From a virus, in IMG/VR virus record IMGVR_UViG_3300035488_000130, positions 1 to 22,291 of that record: a stretch of DNA of 22,291 nucleotides; one strand, 5' to 3'. Within the stretch, counting starts at the first letter, position 1; the number at the start of each line of letters is the position of its first letter. The translations under genes and the position numbers were made by a program. The notes under the pieces are model-generated. The model was not told the DNA's origin, did no database searches, and saw only the letters and a list, made by a program, of their open reading frames with translations. This document shows positions 16,266-22,291 of the stretch, piece by piece.

Positions 16266-16630
16266 CCCTCATACACCCTATCGATACATTCCCGCGCCTT
16301 CGCCTGCATGATGGCCGATCCGGGCCGGATGAAAGGCCGAAATCGCCACACTCTTTTTCCAGATTTGGGTCCAAATTCCTGATGCGACGTGTAATCGGCA
16401 TCTGACCCCAGCGTCATCTCATATATGCAGGGAGCAAGCCGTTTCACGCCGCTTGCTCTCTCTATGCCGTCGTCCATGAAGTTGGTGTCCTTCAGGGAGA
16501 GAGCATGGGCCACGTTCTTGCCTTCGATTAGCATCTGTTCGGCGACTTGCTTGCTGAGACCGTCCTGGCGGGCGATCTCCCTGGCGATCTCAGCCCGGAG
16601 CTTGGAGGTATCTATTTTCAGGTCAATCAT
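16262..16630 (-). CDS. HK97 gp10-like tail completion protein (copy 2); 122 aa
   Basis: DADYTSHQEFG...RPFIRPG motif. Confidence 0.75.
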   Translation of the reverse strand: MIDLKIDTSKLRAEIAREIARQDGLSKQVAEQMLIEGKNVAHALSLKDTNFMDDGIERASGVKRLAPCIYEMTLGSDADYTSHQEFGPKSGKRVWRFRPFIRPGSAIMQAKARECIDRVYEG

Positions 16631-17384
16631 ATAGTTCTCCTAGTTGGGCATCAGATAGGCCTACAAAAGACTCTTTAGACTTCTTCCCAAACCCGTATTC
16701 AAGATGGCAACGGCAGTTGATATCATGTTCCCCAGGGTATTGCTCACCGTCTGAGAAGGCTTCATCTATGCCCACAACTTCGCCGTTGAGCTTCTGGTGA
16801 GCGGGCCTAACCCGGCCATCTCCGACCGTCACCCATTCTTTGGTCTGCGATCCTGCCCTTTTGGCGAACTCAAGAGAGCTGCCCCAGGTCATGCGGTGCC
16901 GTTCTGTCCGGATGATCCGCCGCGCCCTGAATCCCGAATTGTCCACGATAGATGAAAGGTTAGGCTGTTTCAGGATTGCTCTGGCAAGAGGCCGCTCGTT
17001 CATCCCGGAATTGGAGAATATGAAGTTGGTTAGGAGCTTCTTGTCTGTAGATGTCATGAGCTTGATCGCGGTTCCTACGCGCGGGCGAAAGTACTTTTCC
17101 GCTATGTCGCCCACGTTCCAGACTTCGGTCAGGCCATAGGCGCTCGCGAACTCCGCGCTTGATAGCTCCATCTCCTTGAGCAGCGTGCCCTCCAGGAACT
17201 CCCAGACGGCCTTGTTCTTAGCTTTCGATGCCAATACATACTTTCGCATCGGGCCTGGCTGGATGAGGTCCATAGGCTTGTAGGGGCCGTCCACGTCGAA
17301 GAATTCCACCGATTCCAGGTAGGCTTTGATCTCGGGCCCGAACTTCTTCAGGATGTCTTGGATGACATGTTCTGGGAGAGTCAT
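16623..17384 (-). CDS. Phage Mu F / SPP1 gp7-like minor head protein; 253 aa
   Basis: RARRIIRTE, KEWVTVGDGRVRPAHQKLNG and HDINCRC are diagnostic motifs. Confidence 0.88.
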   Translation of the reverse strand: MTLPEHVIQDILKKFGPEIKAYLESVEFFDVDGPYKPMDLIQPGPMRKYVLASKAKNKAVWEFLEGTLLKEMELSSAEFASAYGLTEVWNVGDIAEKYFRPRVGTAIKLMTSTDKKLLTNFIFSNSGMNERPLARAILKQPNLSSIVDNSGFRARRIIRTERHRMTWGSSLEFAKRAGSQTKEWVTVGDGRVRPAHQKLNGEVVGIDEAFSDGEQYPGEHDINCRCHLEYGFGKKSKESFVGLSDAQLGELYD

Positions 17385-17785
17385 GCTACCAGGTAAGTGT
17401 AAAATTCGCTCGATCCATCCAGACCGGGATTGTCCTCAACCTTCAGGATCGTGTAATCGGTGCCGTTGAGCCTGATCTTGTCGCCCACTGCCATGACTGC
17501 CGTGCAATAGACCGCATCCCTCGTGGACGTCCACACTCCAGCGGCATTGAACTCCCGGAGAGAGTACTCATCAAGTACGATCCTGCTTATGGCCTGGTTC
17601 TTCGCCCCAGAGGCCTGCAGGACTTGGCGGTAGACTCGGCCACCGGGATTGAGGCCTATCTGGGCTATCATCTCCCTCTTGGTAGAATCTCTCGGAAGGT
17701 CGAAATAGCCAGCCTGGTCGAGGAGGCGGACGATTTCGGGCGCCCAGTCCCTGAGAAGCTGCAGGATCTCTTCGTCCGGGGTCAT
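17381..17785 (-). CDS. Putative head-closure (stopper)-like protein with an extra N-terminal helix; 134 aa
   Basis: C-terminal VGDKIRLNGTDYTILKVEDNPG pattern of gp16/gpFII-like proteins; ATGA overlaps on both sides. Confidence 0.55.
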   Translation of the reverse strand: MTPDEEILQLLRDWAPEIVRLLDQAGYFDLPRDSTKREMIAQIGLNPGGRVYRQVLQASGAKNQAISRIVLDEYSLREFNAAGVWTSTRDAVYCTAVMAVGDKIRLNGTDYTILKVEDNPGLDGSSEFYTYLVA

Positions 17786-18333
17786 TTCAAGAACAGCCGC
17801 CTGAATATTTCGGTTCCAGTCGGGCCGACAAAACAGCTTATCTGGCCTATGATGTAATCGATACCATCAAACCGGAACATACCACCGATACTGCAATTGC
17901 TATCTGTCGTATCGGCTATGGCCTGGCTCAGAGTCCATGCGCCGGATGCGTCCACGAAAGCCTTTTGGGAGTTCATGAACCGGCATCTAATGGCCGTTGC
18001 CGTCTCTTTTAGGATTGGAGCTCCACCCGAATTCAGAGCCTCAACCAGCACATTACAATCCAGGCCGGTACAGGCGATCACCGGGAGAGCTGATAGGCTC
18101 GTGGTGGTGGTCTTCTTCCCGACTGCCGTGAAGGTCAGCGTCTCAGAGCCTACTGTAATCGATCCGGCGCAATCGGTGTGGCCTGTGGCTACGGATACGG
18201 TCACAGCGCACCGGAAGGGCACGGACGGCAGGCCATCTCCATTCAATGTGCCCACGCCAGATGATAGACCGTTGTAGATCCTCCAGTTGGCCCGATCTAC
18301 CCGGGAAGCGTCCTGGCGGATGCCTATGACCAT
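17782..18333 (-). CDS. Head-closure (stopper)-like protein with an inserted beta-rich domain; 183 aa
   Basis: IRCRF...DASGAWTLSQA...IGGMFRFDGIDYIIGQI...GPTG; follows the adaptor. Confidence 0.6.
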   Translation of the reverse strand: MVIGIRQDASRVDRANWRIYNGLSSGVGTLNGDGLPSVPFRCAVTVSVATGHTDCAGSITVGSETLTFTAVGKKTTTTSLSALPVIACTGLDCNVLVEALNSGGAPILKETATAIRCRFMNSQKAFVDASGAWTLSQAIADTTDSNCSIGGMFRFDGIDYIIGQISCFVGPTGTEIFRRLFLK

Positions 18334-18854
18334 GTTGCCTCGATCGCCCCGGATATGTAGCCTTTCAGGAAATCGAATGCATCTGAGCTCAATAAGCCCT
18401 TGTGCTTTGCTTTTCCGGAAGAACCAAACGTCTCTGAATAGCCGCCCCCGAGAGTGTAGCTCTTAACCCCCTGGTTTTGGAGGGTCTCGCGTTCCTGGCC
18501 TTCAGTATCCGCATGATGCAGGTATATTGCCAGGGACTCCTCACAGCAGGCATCGAGCACTTCCTGTGGCACTTCGGGCAGCAGCGTATTGACGTTCCAG
18601 CCGTAGCACATCCCGTCTATCCAGCGAGGAAACTGACGATCCTGCTGCAGGCCCATGATCGGAGAGACGGTCACAAAATCATAATATGTCCGCCCCTTGA
18701 GCGGCAGATTATCGATTATTTTTGTAGCCCTCTGTAGGTACCAGGCCAGAGAGGAGAGGGCGAGGAAAGCGGTAGCCCTGGGGTCACCGGCGAAGTATGC
18801 CCGCGCCTCTTCTTCCGTGGCTATATAGCTGCCGGATACTGGTGTTTCTGTCAT
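18324..18854 (-). CDS. Head-tail adaptor (DnaT-like/gp15-like), copy 2; 176 aa
   Basis: SYIATEEEARAYF, QRATKIID, QFPR, VPQEVLDACCEES and GVKSYTLG motifs. Confidence 0.75.
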   Translation of the reverse strand: MTETPVSGSYIATEEEARAYFAGDPRATAFLALSSLAWYLQRATKIIDNLPLKGRTYYDFVTVSPIMGLQQDRQFPRWIDGMCYGWNVNTLLPEVPQEVLDACCEESLAIYLHHADTEGQERETLQNQGVKSYTLGGGYSETFGSSGKAKHKGLLSSDAFDFLKGYISGAIEATWS

Positions 18855-18991
18855 GTGTTACCCCAGTCGTTCTTTTCTCTTTCGTCCATGAAGGAAACTA
18901 TGACATCCGGGTAGCCCTGCGATTCGTCTATCCTGATCTCTCCGACCCATCCTTGCTCGTCCATCAGGTCAAAAATTTTGAGCCTCATCAT
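18851..18991 (-). CDS. Small hypothetical protein, 46 aa
   Basis: ATGA overlaps at both ends (18988-18991 and 18851-18854). Confidence 0.55.
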   Translation of the reverse strand: MMRLKIFDLMDEQGWVGEIRIDESQGYPDVIVSFMDEREKNDWGNT

Positions 18992-19305
18992 TTCCCCACA
19001 AAATGAAGATATGCCATGACAATAGCGAACGATGCGAACATAGTTACCGGCTGGTTCACAATCCGCCATATGGCGGTTAAGGTCGTTACTTTCGCGTCGC
19101 TCTTGATACTACAATATCGTAGATTGCTCACCTGTTCCTGGATGGCTATTAGGCGTTCTTTAATTTCTGGTAGAGTTGATGCATATATCTTCAGGGTAGA
19201 GACTTCGCTCCATATCTGGCTGATATCCGATTCATGCCGCTTGCTGTCTGATTCTAGCACGCATACTCGGGCGTGTAAGACCGCAGGATCGCAATCGTCG
19301 GCCAT
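18988..19305 (-). CDS. Coiled-coil protein with a C-terminal transmembrane helix (XhlA-like architecture); 105 aa
   Basis: Heptad-like region followed by VTMFASFAIVMAYLHF; adjacent to the holin-like gene. Confidence 0.65.
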   Translation of the reverse strand: MADDCDPAVLHARVCVLESDSKRHESDISQIWSEVSTLKIYASTLPEIKERLIAIQEQVSNLRYCSIKSDAKVTTLTAIWRIVNQPVTMFASFAIVMAYLHFVGK

Positions 19306-19311
19306 CCAGCC

Positions 19312-19506
19312 TCATTTTGGGAGAATGCTCTGGATCTTCTCAGAAGTCCACAATACCCGCACCATCGCCATAACGGCGATTCCCGTGGCAAATATCTGTT
19401 CAGGTGTGAGAGGAAAATCGATGCCTGTAGACTTTCCGAGAAGTACCAATGCATAGCTTATGATGGCGATAGCCACCTCTTTAGATCCAATTACGCTTTC
19501 TGCCAT
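19312..19506 (-). CDS. Holin-like two-TM membrane protein; 64 aa
   Basis: Two hydrophobic segments (VAIAIISYALVLLG; IFATGIAVMAMVRVLW) and a charged C-terminus; GGTGA upstream. Confidence 0.6.
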   Translation of the reverse strand: MAESVIGSKEVAIAIISYALVLLGKSTGIDFPLTPEQIFATGIAVMAMVRVLWTSEKIQSILPK

Positions 19507-19968
19507 TTATATCACCTTTCCAAGCTTTTTATATTTGTTTGAATCCAGGGACCGGACGCCGCCGCCCATGCCCTTCCACCAGAGTCGCATCATGAGGACC
19601 AGGGCTATGGGATCTGTCCCGTACTGCTCCTCCCATTCGGCCACTGTCATGAGCTGCTTTGGGCTGGCCGGGGAAGCGACCAGTATCCCTCTTCCGCCGT
19701 GCGCCTCCTGCAGGAAGTCGATCGTGAGCTGGTCCTTCACGAAGCCTATGATCTTTTCATCAGCGATTTTGCCGCTATATGGGACTTCTTTAGGGCCATC
19801 CTCGGTATCGACGATCAGCGATTTTATCAGGTCGCTGAAGCCTATGAAGGGGCTGGCAAACCTAATCTGGCTTGGCTTTGCGTTTACCTCATCAGGAAAA
19901 CAGCATATGCCATCCACCATCAGGTAGTCTTCCTCGGTTTCAATTTCATCTTCTGGCAAAATAATCAC
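19507..19968 (-). CDS. Hypothetical protein with an acidic N-terminus; 153 aa
   Basis: GTG start in a GTGA overlap; stop abuts the next ATG. Confidence 0.7.
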   Translation of the reverse strand: MIILPEDEIETEEDYLMVDGICCFPDEVNAKPSQIRFASPFIGFSDLIKSLIVDTEDGPKEVPYSGKIADEKIIGFVKDQLTIDFLQEAHGGRGILVASPASPKQLMTVAEWEEQYGTDPIALVLMMRLWWKGMGGGVRSLDSNKYKKLGKVI

Positions 19969-20258
19969 CTATCTATCGTTTGGAATGCCATAGGCGCGTA
20001 GCTGCCGTTCCAACTCCCAATGGCGCTTTGGCTTACATATGATAACCAGGATGAGCCGGGCACGATCACTGGGGCCGTCCGGTATACATTGTACCCGGTC
20101 TGAAGCCTTCCAATATCCGGATGGTCCCAGGAGTCCTTGATTGTGATCTTGGATTCCTCCACCACATTCTGGATGTGGATGGACTTCTCCCGGACAATGT
20201 CAACAGGCAAATCCTGGGCAAAAATGGGGATGCAGATGAGCAGCAGTGCGCTGATCAC
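19965..20258 (-). CDS. Small secreted protein, 97 aa; start re-called at GTG 20258
   Basis: GTGA overlap with the previous stop; signal-like MISALLLICIPIFA-Q. Confidence 0.6.
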   Translation of the reverse strand: MISALLLICIPIFAQDLPVDIVREKSIHIQNVVEESKITIKDSWDHPDIGRLQTGYNVYRTAPVIVPGSSWLSYVSQSAIGSWNGSYAPMAFQTIDR

Positions 20259-20977
20259 ATGCAGGGAAGCCAATCTACGCTGATAGCGCCGCATGTGGAG
20301 TTACCCCAGAGCTGGATGAACTTCTCAACTGCGAAGACGCCGGTCATATCGTCCACAGATCGGCCGTATTCAGCATGGCGGCCCTTGAGCAGCTTGTTGG
20401 GCTCGGGATCCCTGGAAAGCCAGCCTATGTGAGCTACGCCAATGACGTTGCTGTTCAGGTTAGCCTCAAGGACGCCGGTGCAACAGTTTTCGACACAAGA
20501 ATCGTCATAGCCCCGGGTCTTGATCTCGGTGGTCTTCTGCAGGTGTTCCGCATGGCTGTACATCTCGGTCAGCACAGCACCGATTCTGTAATTCTGCACG
20601 CACAGCTTGTCCACCCACTTTGCGTCATACTGGCCAGTCTGATAGGATATGGGCATGTACTCGAACTCAGCTTCCTTGGTGTAGTTGATGTAGTCCATGG
20701 CGCAGGTGTTCGGAAACTCGCAGGCCATCTTCGAGCCGGAACCGTTGAGCTGCCGCTCAGCCTCCAGCTCCGTCCTCAGCAGGACCACGTTGCCGGACCC
20801 GGCCACGTGCTCTACCAGCTTCTGGCCGCTGAAGCCCACCTGGGTCTGGACAATCTTCTCCTGCTCCAGGTAGCCTACGCCCTTTATCGAATTCTTTTCA
20901 TACATGTAGTTGGCAGCCTGGGCCTGGCTTAGCCAGACGATGGCCACCAATACCAAAAATGCAATTATCTTTCTCAT
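20255..20977 (-). CDS. Secreted Cys-rich beta-type protein resembling a Methanothrix host family; 240 aa
   Basis: AAGGAGGT before ATG 20977; signal peptide MRKIIAFLVLVAIVWLSQAQA; 8 Cys; strongly G/C-ending codons. Confidence 0.8.
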   Translation of the reverse strand: MRKIIAFLVLVAIVWLSQAQAANYMYEKNSIKGVGYLEQEKIVQTQVGFSGQKLVEHVAGSGNVVLLRTELEAERQLNGSGSKMACEFPNTCAMDYINYTKEAEFEYMPISYQTGQYDAKWVDKLCVQNYRIGAVLTEMYSHAEHLQKTTEIKTRGYDDSCVENCCTGVLEANLNSNVIGVAHIGWLSRDPEPNKLLKGRHAEYGRSVDDMTGVFAVEKFIQLWGNSTCGAISVDWLPCM

Positions 20978-20982
20978 AAAAT

Positions 20983-21075
20983 ACCTCCTTAATTTTTTTA
21001 AACTATTATTAAGAAGAGGTGGTTTCCCCGTAAGAAGGGAGCTGAAGCCCAAGACCGGGAAAACTATTATTTTTT
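20983..21075 (-). promoter_or_regulatory. AT-rich upstream region with SD, 11-bp direct repeats and a predicted stem
   Basis: AAACTATTATT at 21000-21010 and 21061-21071; arms 21022-21030 and 21056-21064 are complementary; GGAGGT SD. Confidence 0.45.
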
Positions 21076-21095
21076 CTGATAATGATTTTCCGTAT

Positions 21096-21440
21096 CTAAC
21101 CCCAGATCGCTTTCAGAGCCGCTGCTATATCCTGGTGGTATTGGTCCTCGGCTTCCAGGAGCGGGCCTCTAAGATAGTTGGGGCCCGTCCCCGCGTGGCT
21201 GGGAGTATAATTCTGGCTCTCGTGCATGACCAGCGCATAAGGTGTGTTGAAACTGATTTCGGCTCCCCTCTCCAGCACGGTGACCGTGGCAGAATTGCGG
21301 AGCGTTCCCTCTTCTAAAGGTGCTCTATTGACAGCTTCTCCTTTGACTGTCTCTGCGGTCATAATTGCCACCTCTTTGGCTGCTTGTTTGGCCGCTGCTA
21401 TCAGTCGTTCGCCATGCCACACAATAGTTGGGATCGCCAT
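21096..21440 (-). CDS. HK97 gp10-like/minor capsid-type tail completion protein (copy 1); 114 aa
   Basis: APLEEGTLRNS...FNTPYALVMHE...NYLRGP motif; GAGGTGA SD. Confidence 0.8.
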   Translation of the reverse strand: MAIPTIVWHGERLIAAAKQAAKEVAIMTAETVKGEAVNRAPLEEGTLRNSATVTVLERGAEISFNTPYALVMHESQNYTPSHAGTGPNYLRGPLLEAEDQYHQDIAAALKAIWG

Positions 21441-21449
21441 TCACCTCTA

Positions 21450-21764
21450 TTATGCCTGATTTTTGGACATATTCACGACTCGTAAGGACATTCCCAGATA
21501 GCCGTTCGTTGTGGCCACGTCGAGAACCGGCCAGGTAAAGCTACTTCGGGTGAGTGCGTCTCCTTCGGCTACTGTGGCATCCTTCGTCAGGCAAAAAGCA
21601 TCACAGATCACATCTTCTCGGCCTTCATGGTGGATGGTTCGCTTCTGATCAAACCAGATGACAGTGATTGAAGAATCTGAGTAAGTCGGCTCGTTGTATT
21701 CATTTGCGCCGGTCTTGTGCTTCAGGGTCACCGTCTCGCCCAGGCCAGGAGGTAAGAGGCTCAT
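21450..21764 (-). CDS. Head-closure (stopper) protein, copy 1; 104 aa; start re-called at ATG 21764
   Basis: ATGA overlap with the adaptor; ETVTLKHKTGANEYNEPTY...VAEGDALT...WPVLDV is a gp16-like pattern. Confidence 0.75.
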   Translation of the reverse strand: MSLLPPGLGETVTLKHKTGANEYNEPTYSDSSITVIWFDQKRTIHHEGREDVICDAFCLTKDATVAEGDALTRSSFTWPVLDVATTNGYLGMSLRVVNMSKNQA

Positions 21765-22291
21765 TTCAGTTCGGACCCCAAGTATCGCCGCAACAATCGC
21801 CGTGATGTGGCGCTCAGGAGAGAAGCCGACCCGACCCCGGCCGTGAATGTGTAGGAGAGTTTTCCACCAATAGACATGCTGGTAACTCCGTTCTCCTGTA
21901 GTGTCTTCAGGCCGCCATCGGTGCCTGCCGCGCATATGGCTATGGCTTCCTCCATGCAGGCCCGTTTCACGATCACGGGTACTGTGGGTAGCTGGGTGCC
22001 ATGGTCATAGTCGCAGATTTCGCCATCGATGATCCTGGGAAACTCCAGGACCTGGGCTAGGCCGTCACTGTTGGAGTCTTTCTGTATGCCGTTCTCGATG
22101 TACGGCTCTTCATATCTACGGCCCCTGAGAGGGAGCTGGTCGATGTGCTCCGTGGCCTGCTGGCAGTACCATTCTTGGTCAGTGGCAGAAGCGTTTTTCA
22201 GCTCGATGGCCGAGGCTCTCTTGTCGACGCCGATCAGGCTTTCAAGCTCGGCATCGGTGGCTATATAAGATTTGAGGAAAGAGACGTCGAC
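21761..22291 (-). CDS. Head-tail adaptor (DnaT-like), copy 1; 5'-partial
   Basis: Frame is open from the window edge (VDVSFLKSYIATDAEL...QQATEHIDQLPLRGR...EFPRIIDG...VPVIVKRACMEEA...GVTSMSIGG); the ORF track shows only the last 71 aa. Confidence 0.8.
   Translation of the reverse strand, partial: VDVSFLKSYIATDAELESLIGVDKRASAIELKNASATDQEWYCQQATEHIDQLPLRGRRYEEPYIENGIQKDSNSDGLAQVLEFPRIIDGEICDYDHGTQLPTVPVIVKRACMEEAIAICAAGTDGGLKTLQENGVTSMSIGGKLSYTFTAGVGSASLLSATSRRLLRRYLGSELK

Larger units (their letters stand above)
1..22291. mobile_element. Tailed archaeal virus/provirus segment (neck, tail and recombinase region); both ends lie outside the window
   Basis: Contiguous tape measure, tail tube, Dit, hub, HK97-gp10-like, MuF and adaptor genes plus a tyrosine recombinase; many ATGA/GTGA/TGATG overlaps. 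Confidence 0.93.

Noticed and set aside
22029-22268. 79-aa plus-strand ORF at the right edge
   Set aside because: Antisense to the open minus-strand adaptor frame, which has clear paralog support
1-22291. CRISPR array, tRNA/att site, rRNA, IS element
   Set aside because: No regularly spaced repeats, cloverleaf or transposase motifs seen; intergenic spaces are too short for most of these

Overview
Segment of a tailed (siphovirus-like) archaeal virus or provirus, most likely from a Methanothrix/Methanosarcinales-type host. The host call is inferred from archaeal TATA and GGAGGTGA-type signals, the recombinase subfamily and a host-like secreted protein. The left end (1-2030, + strand) holds a partial winged-helix-like gene, two hypotheticals and a tyrosine recombinase. 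From 2027 to 22291 the window is almost entirely a tightly coupled minus-strand late operon. Read right to left, it encodes: neck module 1 (adaptor, stopper, tail completion); a cassette of secreted and membrane proteins including a holin-like gene; neck module 2 (adaptor, two stopper-like genes, MuF/gp7, tail completion, terminator); a glycosyltransferase; two paralogous tail tube proteins; a tail chaperone with a -1 frame extension; tape measure; hub; Dit; and two beta-helix proteins. One small secreted-protein gene sits antisense inside this operon. The most unusual points are the duplicated neck and tube genes, a host-like Cys-rich secreted protein (candidate sheath-protein homolog), a ribbon-helix-helix/beta-helix fusion, a glycosyltransferase fused in frame behind a stop codon, and a synonymously recoded repeat in the tape measure gene. 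All functional calls come from motif recognition by eye; no database searches were run.
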